A program made the position numbers and the translations under genes. 64,000 nucleotides of DNA. It comes from Epithemia pelagica. Its lineage: Eukaryota; Protista; Bacillariophyta. Below, one piece after another: positions 1 to 12,640 of this stretch. The notes under the pieces are model-generated. The model ran no database searches. It was given only the letters and a program-made list of their open reading frames with translations, and was not told where the DNA came from. The stretch is taken from contig OX337229.1 in the NCBI GenBank assembly GCA_946965045.2, positions 4,464,001 through 4,528,000 on the forward strand. The letters run 5' to 3'. Numbering within the stretch: position 1 is the first letter of the stretch; the number at the start of each line of letters is the position of its first letter.

Positions 1-1
1 G

Positions 2-2101
2 CGGACGGATGAATTGCGCAAGTCGGGCCGCCCCCACAAAACGCGGCGGTCTCGGAGCAATCCGTTGGTGCAATCCCAGAAATCTTCGGGGGCCCTTTCC
101 GTGGTATCTCCTTCGCCTCGAGCGCGACGACGAAGACCGGGCCGAAATGGACGACGACGCGCTCTATCGGACGATGAAGACGACAATCGACTCTTGCATT
201 CGCCCTCCTCGGACGACCATGCAGAGGACACCAAGGGAAAAGGTCGACGACGACGATCCCATTCGTCTTTTCAATCTCCCCAGAGTGTGGAATCACCAGT
301 GGCCTTGTGGCGTCCCCCATCGGCGACGGGGCCCTTGGCCTTGTTGCGGCGACGTTCGCGCGATGCAGCTGGTGCTCCGGGACCGCAAGATTTGCAGCAC
401 CAAGAAGAAGCCCCGCCACCGGAAGGGGCCATGGAATGGATGCAGTCTCTGTCCTTTCATTCGGATGGAACGGACGATCAGTCGATTGAAGTCATGACAC
501 AAGAGACCAAGCAGCAATTGGCCGATCAACCATCCTTATCGGAAACCATGTTCCCCGCCAACATGGCCGTGCCCTCCCCCATCGCACCAACATCCGCGAG
601 GCGGCGTCGATCCGAGCAAGCTCCCAGTACACCTCCCAAACATGCGCAGCCCATTCGGGCAAGCCAATCGAAAGATATCGAACCCGAATTAGAGGATTTG
701 CCGCCTACCACAGGTCTCACCCCCCGAAGAACCACCAGTTTGGGCAGTGTCAACAATACTCCCCCGCCCTCGCGGAAAGCGTTGCCCTCACCCTTTTTGC
801 TGCAACTCGAACAACAAGAGGATGAAGATGACCGCACGGAGGACGATGACATTCCTGTGGACAAGACCCGTGCCAACAAGACAATTCGATCCAGACCCTC
901 TCGGGAAGAAATGAGTGGCTACGAAAATGAGGATGATCACTACGATGAAGACGAGGAGGAAGAAGAAGATGTACGTCTCCAAGATATTCGAGACAAGCAC
1001 CATACCCTCTCGCCGACACCTCCACCACCTCTGCGACCGCGGTCCACCCAACGACCCCATTCGCCATACCAAGTGGAAACAGTTGCATCGACGAGTACGA
1101 CTCAATCGCCACTGGAACCCACACGACGATCGTCCTCGCGTTCACGGCGATCCATGTCTGCCAGTCGTCGACGATCCTCCCGTAGCAAGAGTCGCAGTCG
1201 ATCTGCTCGACGGTCTCGTCCTGTTCGAGGAGAGGAAGACAGCAAGGATGGCACACGTACCTATGATAGCCAGACAACGGATGGTACCTCGTTGCGACAA
1301 GAATTTCGACAAGCCATGGACGAGACGGTCCAAAAAGTGGTGGAAACCTTTCGATGCCATCCCGATTTGACGCCTCAACAAATATTGTCCAACCCTACCA
1401 ATGTCATGAATCTCTTTTACGATACTCTGCTCTGTGTACCGGCCAAGGACCCAGCTGCTGAACGACAACGGCCTTATTACAACGAAGCCTTTACCAAGGA
1501 ATGGTTGAGACAAATGACAAATGTAGGAATGTCCATCTTGTATTTACAACCCCCGCGATCACCAGGTAATGAATTGTCGGATGAATGGAAGGGTCGCTCC
1601 GTACAATTGTCTATTGTGCCGGGTGGAACCAGTTCCAGTGATCCCGATGCCATTCAACCCAAGCTACAATGGTCCACCATGGCGGGAGGGAAGTCCAGTC
1701 TTCTGGTGACTACAAGCATCTGCTTGCTGCACATTCACTCCATTCTCACCACCACCTCCAGTACTGAAGGGGGTTCATTTTCCGGCATTGATATGCAAGA
1801 CGAGGAAGACGACGAATATCGTGAGAGTTCCAGTAATACTCAAAACAATTGTTTCTTGACGATTACTTCAGAACGAGGACAAGTTCACATGTTTGAAGCC
1901 GAATCCGAGGAGGCTCGCGATCGTCTTTTGAATGGATTGCGCAATGTCATTACCCGTCTCTCCTTCCATTTGATTGCAGGAGATGCTCGGGCCAGTGTTG
2001 AATTGTATCACGAAAATCCGACGGGCGACGGCGAGTTGCCCCGCTTGCCCAATCCTCGACTGAATATGAATCGGATTGCTCATGCCCTCTTGGATTCTTA
2101 A
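2..2101 (+). CDS. Hypothetical protein, 5'-partial; long low-complexity S/R/E-rich N-terminus and a C-terminal PH-like domain
   Basis: The frame is open from base 2 (RTDELRKS...), so the start lies outside the window. The C-terminal segment CLLHIHSI...CFLTITSERGQVHMFEAESEEARDRLLNGLRNV has a PH-fold-like pattern of beta strands followed by a terminal helix. Confidence 0.7.
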   Translation, partial: RTDELRKSGRPHKTRRSRSNPLVQSQKSSGALSVVSPSPRARRRRPGRNGRRRALSDDEDDNRLLHSPSSDDHAEDTKGKGRRRRSHSSFQSPQSVESPVALWRPPSATGPLALLRRRSRDAAGAPGPQDLQHQEEAPPPEGAMEWMQSLSFHSDGTDDQSIEVMTQETKQQLADQPSLSETMFPANMAVPSPIAPTSARRRRSEQAPSTPPKHAQPIRASQSKDIEPELEDLPPTTGLTPRRTTSLGSVNNTPPPSRKALPSPFLLQLEQQEDEDDRTEDDDIPVDKTRANKTIRSRPSREEMSGYENEDDHYDEDEEEEEDVRLQDIRDKHHTLSPTPPPPLRPRSTQRPHSPYQVETVASTSTTQSPLEPTRRSSSRSRRSMSASRRRSSRSKSRSRSARRSRPVRGEEDSKDGTRTYDSQTTDGTSLRQEFRQAMDETVQKVVETFRCHPDLTPQQILSNPTNVMNLFYDTLLCVPAKDPAAERQRPYYNEAFTKEWLRQMTNVGMSILYLQPPRSPGNELSDEWKGRSVQLSIVPGGTSSSDPDAIQPKLQWSTMAGGKSSLLVTTSICLLHIHSILTTTSSTEGGSFSGIDMQDEEDDEYRESSSNTQNNCFLTITSERGQVHMFEAESEEARDRLLNGLRNVITRLSFHLIAGDARASVELYHENPTGDGELPRLPNPRLNMNRIAHALLDS

Positions 2102-2259
2102 GACTATTCTGAGGACGCTGTTCCGAATGGTCACTACCTCTCATTTGTTTACAGGACAACCCTAACATTCACTCCCTTTTTTGTAACGATTAGTAGTGCT
2201 TTTGTTGTCAATCTCTTTCGCGCCTATAGCAAGCAAGAGGAAAATCGCTATCTGATTAG

Positions 2260-5200
2260 CTAGGAGCACGAACTGTAATAACCATCGTTCGTTCGACATT
2301 CACCGCATACGTCAGTAAATGTTTCACCCTCGACGACCGGTATTGCTTCCGGGTATCCAAACTTTGTCGCACATTCGCAGAGGGGAGGACGATTCAATGA
2401 GCCACATGTGTACATAATCTCGCATAAGGATCGAATGGCACTATGACATCCAAACAAATCATTTTTGCGAGCACGGCATTGGATTTCTTGATGTTGCATC
2501 CCCACATCGTCTACCAGGGGCACAATGTCTCGTTCTGGCACGACATTGAACAAATACTGTGTAATGGCATCTTTCGAGAAACTGGGATCAAAGGTCTTGC
2601 GCGACAACATGTTGTTGGGACCTGATATGGCGATTCCAGGTATTCCGGTTTGAGCAGCAGTGATCAACGTAATACCACCTTATTTGTGAAACATGGAAAC
2701 CGACCAAGGCAGTGAAGAATGAGTCACGACAGAGCTGTATGATAAGCGACGCACTGTTGACTTTGGGCTGTTCTGCGTCAGGGCGAGACCACTTACCTCC
2801 TAATGACTGTCCCGTTATATGAATCCATGTGTTGTTTCCACTGGCCTGTAACTCCCGCACAAATTGCGTTGTTTGTTTGTACAATGACACTTTGTCCAGA
2901 TTGTCGGATTCGAGAACGGATATTGCTTTGAGTAGCTGATGAATAATGGGCGTAAAGATTTCACCTAGTGGCATGAGTCCTCGTACAAATTGCGCAATCG
3001 CCGCACCACTCCACAATTGGGCATCCGTCAACCATTCCCACGAGGTGGTGGATCCGCGAACCGTTACAATGGCACCCGCAACGTCCGGAAAGGTCACCAA
3101 ACGGTAACTCACGGCGGCGTTGCCTCCTTCCACACGTTGACGAAATTCCCGTACAATGTCCACTTCGTCTTTGGCAATGCCTGGACCAAACCATTGGTCC
3201 AACTTTTCCTGGAACGTATTTGGTGGTTGATACGCCATGACAGCCAAAAAGGCATCTGTTGCATCGTAACAAACGATAAACAACGAGTCAGCAAACAACA
3301 GAGACCTGGCTCACCCTGTAAACTTGAGCAGTACGTTCACTTACAGTCTGCAAGAGCTGTGAAATTACCGAGGGGGACCCCCAAGCCCTTGGCAAGTCCA
3401 CAGGTGGGATATGGCAGGTTGGGTTGAGATGGGTACGTAAAGTTGTCCCGTGGCAACAAGACAATTTCATCCGCATCCGACACGGAGTCTTCTGCCGATT
3501 CCGACAAGGCTCCCACAGTAAATAAGACGACGCCAAGGACCAATACACCAAAGACATAAATCCAACTCGTTCGACTGGGTCCCTGGGTCACGTGGGTCAA
3601 TATATTGTACAAGCGAGATTGCGAATTCCACAACCGAGGAGAAGGTGGGCTCCTTATTGATGACGCAGTTGCGGGGATTGTTTGGTCTGGACTGTGGGCC
3701 GAGCTCTGCTCTTCTCGACTGACGTTGTTCGGGTTGTCTTCATCTGACGGTGCTCTCCCCTGCGGAGTCGAAGAGTTATAAATGTCCTTCATGGATCCAT
3801 ATTCTTGCAAGAAGATTCCTGGATTGAGATAATACCGCACAACCGAAATTATGCAAAGGACTATAAACAAGATACATATGGCATAATTGGCTAAGGCCAA
3901 GAGAGTGACTGTGGGTGTGACCACCAAGATGGCCATTTCTAACACGAACATGAACCAGGCGAAGGCCGGAGAAGGACGTGTTAATCGATATTGATCGTAG
4001 ACCTGATAAATCGCCTCGTCGTCGTCTTCTTTGCCGTTCTTATTGAATTCTTTCCAGCTACCGTCCTCTGGTTTCTCTTCCGAGTCGGTATTACGCTCTT
4101 CTTCCTGTAGCTGTTCTTCATGTTCGTGTTGAATCGTTTCATATAATCGATACATGCGTTGTGAACTCCTCCATTGGCCCATACAGCAGGCCAGGGCAAT
4201 GACAAGGGCCAACAAGAGAATGACCAAGACGGAAGCTTCCATCCACACAAGAGCAGCGATAACCAAGAGGAGCACCAAGCCAATACATACAATGTTGCAA
4301 ATCCAACTCGATCGCACTTGAAGGGGATGCAATGCTGCATCATGATCATGGTGGTGTTTGTGAGCTCGTACCACGGCCACCGTTTGAAAGCGTGTCATTG
4401 TGCAAAAGAGTTTTTCCAAACTCCAATTTTGTGCCGTCAAGAATCGTCGTGTTCCCAAAATTTCGGACAAGGAATAGACTCGTTCCGGTTGCGACAAGGT
4501 TTCAAAGACTTTTGTGCAACCGCACAGCAAGGTGAAGCGTGCCCATACGTTTGGTACGATGGAAACGTCAGGCGGCAAAGATTCGCTGGCACCATCTGTT
4601 TCATGGTCCTTGTCTTGGAAGGGTTCGTCCAATTGAGTGGTGAACCGTGCATGAAATTCGCTCAGTCCACTGTATTGGTACAATTGTCGATGAAAAATTG
4701 CTTGAGTCAGACAATACCAAACTGTGGGCGCCGATTCCTTATCGGCTGGACCGCCGTTTTGTTGCTGACGCGATAAAATAGCCCGCAAAATGAGCCATGC
4801 CGCTTGCACTTCCAGGGCCACTAGCATGGTGGCAAAGACCACATAATATACCGTCACACTGGAAAACCATGTCAGAAGCGTAATTTTCCACCATTCGTCG
4901 GAATGGGCCAACAGTGTACCAATCAGCGTCACCAAGGGTACACCGATCAAGGCCACCAAGGCCAACCATTCTGTGACAATCCAACAGGACCAGGAGGTCA
5001 TGGCATTCTTCTTTTTCTTGTGGTTCGACAATGGCCGGTTCTTGCTGTGGTGGTAGTGATCCGAATCGAGGTAGGTGAATTGTCGCAACCAGACATGTCC
5101 GTTCCACACATCGTGCAAAAAGGCGGCTCCCAATGCCATTGCACAACTCAATCCATAAATGACAATGGGTATAGCACAAAGGGTACCAATAAAGGCTCCT

Positions 5201-5784
5201 GGATTTCCCTCCGAGGTGTCCGTCAAACCGGCTTCCACCACCAAATCCATAAAGACAAATAGAACGACTTGAAAGCACACCACGAACAAAAATCCCACAT
5301 AGAAAAAGGCAATCAAGGTATAGGCCAAACGCAACAAATTCAAGCCCGTCGTTTTGTCACTTGAAACATGTTTGACTTGAAACGCAATGGAACCGTTGTT
5401 TTCGTGGTCGCTGCTACTCCGTTCCTCGGTCGTCCTTTGGTGAATTTGCCATTGCGACGTTCTTGCTTCATACACTTGGACCGATGTGCCTCGAAATCGT
5501 ACATGACTGCTCGGTATGGGCAAGGTATAATGATCTTCAAACACGTCTTGTTGTTGTACCATTTTTGGCGGCCCCTGATCTGTAACAGTTGGAGGGTTGA
5601 CATCATCTTTTTCGTCCATGGTCCATTCGACGGCATTATCAATGTTGTCCATTGCCTCGTTCCTGTCGTCATCGTCGTCGGCTTTGTTGGGGTTTCCATC
5701 CTGGTCTTTTGGATTCGGACTCTCGTCCGCTGGCGCATTTTCGGCTTGTCGATTGTACAACCACATGGTCACAGAGCCGTCCAA
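2260..5784 (-). CDS. Multi-pass membrane protein with C-terminal class 3 lipase domain (3 exons: ~5784-3345, 3255-2797, 2678-2260)
   Basis: GT-AG introns at 3344-3256 and 2796-2679 join the ORFs in frame. Lipase_3 motifs are VTVRGSTT, HITGQSLGGG (nucleophile elbow), RDIVP (Asp) and GCHS (His). Exon 1 has many hydrophobic segments. The exact start codon is uncertain. Confidence 0.85.
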
Positions 5785-6522
5785 TGTTACGCTTCTTTTT
5801 GTTCGATGGTTCGTCGTATGGTGTGTCTACCTATTGAAAGAAGCAGATCTTCGAAAAAACAAGACAAAAGGGATCTTTTCGAAAGGGGCTTTCCCCCTGC
5901 GCGCGCGGTACGCCACTCCTATGTGCGACTACCAACGATCAACTTCCCTTTACTCTACCAATGCTAGGGGGAAAGGATGATTGACGATTCGCTGCCTCAA
6001 CTATTCCGAGTAAGAGTAGGAGTAAAAGAGAATTGACGAGTTCGAAGCACAACAGGTCAAGGAAAATATAACTACCACTCGACGGCCATGGGTTCTTTTC
6101 CTTTACTTGTAGGTCGACCTCATTTCTCTTGGTCTTGCTGAAATAAATGATGGTTTCATATAACTACGACTCGACGGCCTTGTTGTGTTCCTTAAACGTC
6201 GGAAGCTTTTTCTTTTCACTTGTAGCTTGTAGACACGAAAATGGAGGCTTAGCATGTCCATTGTGGACCCATGGGGCATATTTATGGATCTACACGCACC
6301 AGACGACGATCGCGATTCCTTGTACTCCTAGCATGAATTCTTAAAATTCCGACAATGAAAGAATCGGCTCGATGATTTCTCCCCGGAATGGTGTGTCATT
6401 GGAATGTGCAGAAAGAGACATCGGACTGGCGCCAATGGTGTTGATTGTTGCGAATTGACGTTTTCAATTGCATCGATAGGCTCGTGTGAGCTGAAGGAGC
6501 GTCAAATTCAACGTGTAAAAGG

Positions 6523-8065
6523 TCACGGGGAATCCGTCAGAGAAATGTTGATTGTGTGTGGCCCTCTGTCACAGGTATATACAAGAGACAAATTGGCTGG
6601 AACTGGGACAGATCGGCCAAGGACAACATCAATGGTAGAATTCATGAGGCGTTCAATGATCCCCACCAACTGACTCCCCGTTTGTTTAAAATCTGGACCA
6701 GGATTCACCTCCAACAAGTATACCTTCCCTAAGTGGTCCACGAGAAAATCCAATCCATAATGCTCGAAACACCCTTGACACGGAGCAAATACCCCAAACT
6801 CATTTTCGTAGGCCCGAAACAGTTCGCCTGTTATTTGTTCCATCTGCTCAATGACACGAGGAACCAAATCCCCTGGCATTTCAGCGCCATTTGTGTTCCC
6901 TTGAAGTAAGGGATTAATCTCCTCTTCGTTCCACGAAAGTATACAAGTTTCCTCACGAAAATTTGGATCCAGATTCTGATATGCAGTGTTAGTAACATGA
7001 GCAAAAAGGTCTGATGTTCGATTTCGATGATAGGGACTACCCGAGCAAAGAACCAGACACTCTCGGCAAAAGTATACTTTGAGGGCATCGACAGCCAAAA
7101 CGTAGGCACGGATATGAAACTTTCTTCCTCCCAATAAAAGAGGGGGGTCAATGTACTTTTGAAGGACCCTGTGAATGTGGACCATCAGCAAAAAAAGATT
7201 AGTAATTTGTATCAACCATCATGTGCTGCCACCCTGCATCCATTTATCTGAGAAAAGCTTCGTACCATTCTCGAATGGAGTCTTGACTCCATAAAATGTC
7301 CACCAGTTGCTCGTATATATGGACGAGATAGATTCCGGCACCTTTGTTCACTGTGCTGCCTTTCAGGATCCACATCGGAGGACATTTCTTGTTTGGTTTG
7401 TCTGTGTCAAACGTTGGTCCACAGGTCCACATTATGTATTCCTGCTCTGCGCTATCCATGGCTTGGTGGGCCTGGATCAAGCATTTTTCCAAGGCCTCTC
7501 GTTGGTTCGTTCCATTGCCACAGGTGCCCTCATTTGCCTTTGCTTCCACGACATCGGCTAAACCTTGTTGATTGGAGTTTGCCATACCCTGTTCCCATAC
7601 AGACCACGTGTCGATAGTCACTGTCTGTGGAATAGCGTCCTTCAAAATACTCGTCGGGTTCTTGATAACATAGCGGTGTGTGTAATAAGCCAATTGCGCT
7701 TTTCTACTTAAACCTTTGCGAACGCAATACGACGATGCACCATGTTTTCCTGCTAAAACGCTTTCCCAGTCAATGCGTTCGTATTCTGCCCATTGAAAAT
7801 CACATCCATATGGTAGAAGAATTTCGTCCATTCCACTTCCTGGACCAAGCGTCACCGAAAAGCTTTCATCGTTGAATCGTCGACGAAAGGCATTGGCAAT
7901 TATTCTTCTGGTATAGGGCTCGTCTACATCGAGGAAAATGGATCTTGGAGGATCACGAACAGTTTCCTCCACGATTTCTCTCTTCTTTTCCTTTTTATCC
8001 AGAATATGTAGAATGGAAAATTTGTCAGTAAGTACAACGTTGAGAGACGCTGTCTGATTCGTCAT
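6523..8065 (-). CDS. Tubulin-tyrosine ligase (TTL/Pby1-like) ATP-grasp protein (2 exons: 8065-7266, 7168-6523)
   Basis: Intron 7265-7169 joins IREW/VLQKYIDPPLLLGGRKFHIRAYVL. TTL motifs are WILKGS, HVTNT, YGLDFLVD and LLEVNPGPD. Confidence 0.9.
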
Positions 8066-8302
8066 CGTCGTTCCGGTTCATTCGTCATCGTGAAAGCAAC
8101 ATTAATGAATATGACGTGAGAGTGACAGACGACGCTTCTATTGAAGCGACTAAAACAATAAAAGCGAATAAGACGCGATTAAAGTATAGTCATGAGTTGA
8201 CAAACGTCACCTTTGGCATCATTTGAGAATGATGCCGACAGCCAAATGTTCTGTGGACGCATATTTCACCAGACTTCTTCTGTTCGACAACAACCCCGAA
8301 CC

Positions 8303-9636
8303 ATGACGAAAGGATTTGCGTTTGTGTTGCCCTATGTTCTGTCTTCCTTTCTTTTTTCCCATCCACTTCAAGTGACCAGCCTGATTGCACCGCACAATGT
8401 CAAGCGAAGTACCTTCCCACTTGTACCGTCTGTATCGACGACAACATCACCCTCTCAGCTTTTCATGTCTACATGGTCCGACGCCAGAGCTGTACGCGAC
8501 TACCAAGACTTTCTAAGTTCTGGGAAACAGGAATTGGAACTTGCCTCGGATGTACCATCTGTGATTGTAACTACCGATGGCCCCACAGCTCAGTTGGCGA
8601 ATTGGTTGAGGGAATACGGTACCGGAGAGGACGTGATCGTCACCCCAAATGATCCACTGCCTGAAACACTTGGGGGATCCTCAGAATTTCCAGTTTATGT
8701 CGTCATTCCTCCCTACTATCTCAACTATTTTCTCGAAAACCTGAGCGACAGCTACAAGATGCATATGGATGATTTTGTGTTCTTTAGCGGAGGACTGATC
8801 TATGGTAATATTGAAGAAGTTTTGAAGCAACGAGGTTTCTGTCGAGACGCCATGACTCAAGTTGTCATCAGTGGCTTGCACATTGCACCGAATGGACGAG
8901 GGCAAGATCTTTCGGGTAAGTATTTGTTTCGTCGTTTGTTTTGCCTCGCCCATAAGTCTCATGTGATTTGTATTTGGAAGTGAATCTTGGTCCCGATGGT
9001 AATGGGGAGTCGAAGATTGCTGGTGCGTGCTCTGCCTGTGGGAAGTGGGCCGGTGCCATTGCGGAACGATTGGAGCGTAGTAGTGTTCGATGTGCAACGG
9101 ATTTTTACCGTGAATGGAGGAGGAAGATGTGGGAGCGGAATGTTCTCGATGCCTGTTTTAATGTGTAAGTTGTTCGAATTTGCCGCGCTGAACCATGATT
9201 TCGGTGGTGGCATCGCATTTCAAATCATGATTTAACATTGAAATCTCTTTCCAGTTTAGGGTCAGTTCGTGACCAACCCACGACGGTTGCGGATGTGGCC
9301 AAGTTCTACGGTGAAGAAGTTAGTGAAATGGTTTGGGAAATGTCTCAGTTGCTCAGAGGTTGGAGAGCTTTGACGCTCATGTTTGGTTTTGAAGAACGCA
9401 TGTTTGGAGTTGCGGAAGCTCATGGAGGTGAAACACAATGCACCTTGGTGGAAGAAATGTACCCCTTCATTTGGGGAAGCCAAGTCTTTTTGGAATCAAA
9501 GATGTTTGTGGAATATCTGACGTATGCAAAGACACAAAAGAATTTCCTCCCCAATACACAACTCCCGCAACGAGCAGACTCTGAATACACAACCAAAATG
9601 CGACAAGGAAATCTTAGAGCAGATGGAGTAGTTTAA
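8303..9636 (+). CDS. Probable plastid-targeted protein, distantly ketopantoate-reductase-like (At1g16080-like family) (3 exons: 8303-8915, 8981-9164, 9255-9636)
   Basis: GT-AG introns 8916-8980 and 9165-9254 restore one frame. The N-terminus is a hydrophobic signal peptide followed by an S/T-rich transit-like stretch. GKWAGAIAERL...C...RKMWER...FNVLG resembles the plant/algal ApbA-like family (recalled, not searched). Confidence 0.65.
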
Positions 9637-9765
9637 GATTAAAAGTACAGACTACAGCATTAATTTTGTTTACGGTTGTTCAGACATATATGTACGTTGC
9701 CATTAACAAGGCCAAAACGACTACCCTTGATACCTCACCGACTTGGGCGTCACATGGACTCCTTG

Positions 9766-10953
9766 CTACCAAAAGTTAACGTTGTCAAATATTTCTATTT
9801 CTTCATCGCCGTCGCCGAGATATTCCATGCTTTTTAATACCAAGTTTTCGCCCCAACGAATTGCCCCAACTTCATTTGGATGAAGCAAGTCATTCATCAG
9901 GGTCGAATTGACACGTGACTTGTCATGTGTAAGAAAAAGATTTGTCGCGTTAAAAAACTCAACCCTGGAATTGGTGGCGGAATAGCATTTCAGATCGTGA
10001 TTTAGCATTGAAATCTCTCTCCAGTATATGTTCTCTTCGGACCAGAGGGGCTTGGATCCACGAGGCAAAATTGAATGTATTGCCACTATTGCGTCCTTTC
10101 GATGATGCAAAATGTACTCCACAACCTGGAGAATCCCTGCCAATGTCGCGTTGACATTGCAATGGGAGCTAAATAAATCGTTTGTACCGACAAGAACCCA
10201 CCAGAGGGGAGGATTGAAGCCTTCAGGCATCTCACCCTGCTCTAGTCGATACAAGAGGTTTGGTGCTCTGTCGCCTGCGATACCAAGAGCTAGTCCGTGA
10301 ATGAAGGAATCTTGATCACGAAACAGCCGCTGGTAGACTTGATGAGTTTTGTGTGCAACTTGCAAGTCGCCCCCAAGTTGTGTGCCAAGCCATCTCTCAA
10401 CAATCGAGTCTCCAACAAGCACTATATCGAGGGGACGATCCTGCGTCATACTTTCTTGCACCAATTCAGTGTTGCGCTGCAGAGCCTTCTCCCAGGCTTG
10501 TTCTCCATTTCGAACAGGCAACAGAGGGTTGTTACACTGGCATTCTTCGGTATTTTCTGAATCATCAGATGATTCTGGACGCAAACACCACTCAGCCTTG
10601 GCCAAGTCACCCTCGGCGTACTTCCATATTTCCCATCCCTGGCCTTCCGTGAATGCGTCTCGACACTGGGTCAACTGTCCCTCCGGTGCATGCTTTAACA
10701 TCCCAAAAAGAAAAAGACAAACAATTCCAAACATCAATCCTGCGAAGAAAAAGCAGTGTGCGGCGGAGGAAAAACTCCAGAAAATGATCTGCTTGCGACG
10801 TCGCGCCGCCCGCGTTTGGGAAGTGGGGCTTAGACCAGTCTCATTGGGTTCGTCCCCGTCTACAAGTGCAACCTCCTCTTCCTCATCATGGTAACCATCG
10901 GTTTCACCGTTTAGAGAGGGCGGCTCTCCGTCGTCCATTTCAAGAGGCTGCAT
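9766..10953 (-). CDS. SGNH/GDSL hydrolase (PAF-acetylhydrolase IB-like) with an N-terminal transmembrane anchor
   Basis: SGNH blocks are LVGDSIVERW, GIAGDRAPNLLYRL, LVGTNDL and DLLHPN. A hydrophobic TM segment lies near the N-terminus. Confidence 0.9.
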   Translation of the reverse strand: MQPLEMDDGEPPSLNGETDGYHDEEEEVALVDGDEPNETGLSPTSQTRAARRRKQIIFWSFSSAAHCFFFAGLMFGIVCLFLFGMLKHAPEGQLTQCRDAFTEGQGWEIWKYAEGDLAKAEWCLRPESSDDSENTEECQCNNPLLPVRNGEQAWEKALQRNTELVQESMTQDRPLDIVLVGDSIVERWLGTQLGGDLQVAHKTHQVYQRLFRDQDSFIHGLALGIAGDRAPNLLYRLEQGEMPEGFNPPLWWVLVGTNDLFSSHCNVNATLAGILQVVEYILHHRKDAIVAIHSILPRGSKPLWSEENIYWREISMLNHDLKCYSATNSRVEFFNATNLFLTHDKSRVNSTLMNDLLHPNEVGAIRWGENLVLKSMEYLGDGDEEIEIFDNVNFW

Positions 10954-11479
10954 TATCACACTTGCGTTTGCTCGCACCCGTCGATGATATTCGTCAAATT
11001 TAAAACGAATGAGACAAAAATGAAGGAGCATGTGAATCTTGTTGCCTCTGTTGGGGGCGGCTGTTTTGGGTCAACACACACGTGGCAGCAACAGCCCAAC
11101 TCACTTCCCCGCGCTCTGAATCTGTCCCTGATGCTCCATTATTTAAATGGATTTTGTCACGTATGCGAAGTTCGCACTTGGGAGTGGCCTTATGTGAATC
11201 TTTTGAGGGCTCGTTCGAATCTCTCCAACAGATTGAGCTATGTGACCAAATGCCTACGAGTAGGTAGTTACTCCTAGAGTCTATTCTTAGGGGTAGGAGC
11301 ACTCCTAGCTAGTAGGAGTAGTAGCAATGACTCTAGGAATCGATTTGGTTTTCTGGTCGGGTTGACACTCGAAGTGATTCAGATTGCAGTCCTACACAGT
11401 CCAAACGGAGCTGTATTGTACTACGAGGAATACGAATGATTGCCCACCTTATCGCAAACGAGAAAATAGATCCGATCTG

Positions 11480-12640
11480 TTAAAGAGACGATTGAGGTTC
11501 GACCTCAATCACAGCTGCAGCGCCCATGCCACTTCCAATGCACATTGAAATAACACCATACCTGGCCGTTCGTCTACGTTTCAATTCGTGAAGAAGTGTT
11601 GCCACCATTCTGGCTCCGGTGCAGCCTAAAGGATGTCCCAGAGCAATTGCTCCACCATTTGGGTTTACTTTGCTCTTGTCCAGACCAAGTTCATCAATGC
11701 ACCACGAAGCCTGAGAAGCGAATGCTTCGTTAATCTCATAGACATCAATGTCGCTGACAGTCAGGCCAATATGATCCAGTACTTTCGGGATTGCGACTGC
11801 TGGACCAATTCCCATAATACTAGGAGGAACACCGGCTGTGCTGTAGCCACGCCATATGCCCAATATAGGGAGATTTCTTCTCTTGGCTTCTGCCCGTGTC
11901 ATGAATAAAACAGCCGCGGCACCGTCTGTAGTTTGACTCGAATTTCCCGCGGTCGTAAGACCCTGTTGGCTAAAGACAGGTTTGAGTTTGGACAGGACAG
12001 CCCGAGTTGTCCCCGGTCGGATGCCGTCGTCTTTTCTGACGTCTCCTACTGGAATAATTTCCTTTTCAAATTTTCCATTTTGTTGAGCAGCCCCAGCCTT
12101 TTGATGTGACTGGGCGGCAAATTCGTCCAACTCATGTCTCTTTAGACCGTATTTCTTCACGACATTCTCGCTTGTCACTCCCATTGGCAACAAGCAATCC
12201 ATTGCAGTCTTGTTTTTCCAAGTAGTTTCCCAATCCACATCTAGAGGCTTCAACTTGTTCATGGGGTGGAAAGACATGCTTTCAACGCCTGCTCCGATCC
12301 CAATCTTTGTTTCTTTTTGGGCTACACTGTTTGCAACTGCCGCACATGCTTGTAAGCCAGAAGCGCACTGCCGATTAACAGATTGGAGAGACGTAGTTTC
12401 AGGAATTCCTGCTACGATTTGAGCCATACGCATGGCGGCAAACCCCGCTGGTGGTAATAAAACATTGCCGACACAAATATCTTCAATCTCGGCACCTGAA
12501 ACACCCGTTCGTTCGAGAGTGCCCTCCAATACTGTCTGAAGTAGCGTGGATGCTGGAACTTGAGCAAGTCCACCCTTGCGAGATCGGCACATGGGCGTTC
12601 TAATCGCCGACACAATCACTACATCGTCATCACTGTTCAT
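11480..12640 (-). CDS. 3-ketoacyl-CoA thiolase, probably peroxisomal (C-terminal SSL)
   Basis: Thiolase motifs are [29 protein letters not shown] and SMCIGSGMG. The protein ends in SSL. An extra in-frame ATG lies at 12703. Confidence 0.95.
   Translation of the reverse strand: MNSDDDVVIVSAIRTPMCRSRKGGLAQVPASTLLQTVLEGTLERTGVSGAEIEDICVGNVLLPPAGFAAMRMAQIVAGIPETTSLQSVNRQCASGLQACAAVANSVAQKETKIGIGAGVESMSFHPMNKLKPLDVDWETTWKNKTAMDCLLPMGVTSENVVKKYGLKRHELDEFAAQSHQKAGAAQQNGKFEKEIIPVGDVRKDDGIRPGTTRAVLSKLKPVFSQQGLTTAGNSSQTTDGAAAVLFMTRAEAKRRNLPILGIWRGYSTAGVPPSIMGIGPAVAIPKVLDHIGLTVSDIDVYEINEAFASQASWCIDELGLDKSKVNPNGGAIALGHPLGCTGARMVATLLHELKRRRTARYGVISMCIGSGMGAAAVIEVEPQSSL

Noticed and set aside
11178-11228. 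tRNA-like A/B-box pattern (GGAGTGG...GTTCGAATC)
   Set aside because: The T-stem and acceptor stem do not pair, so no cloverleaf forms.
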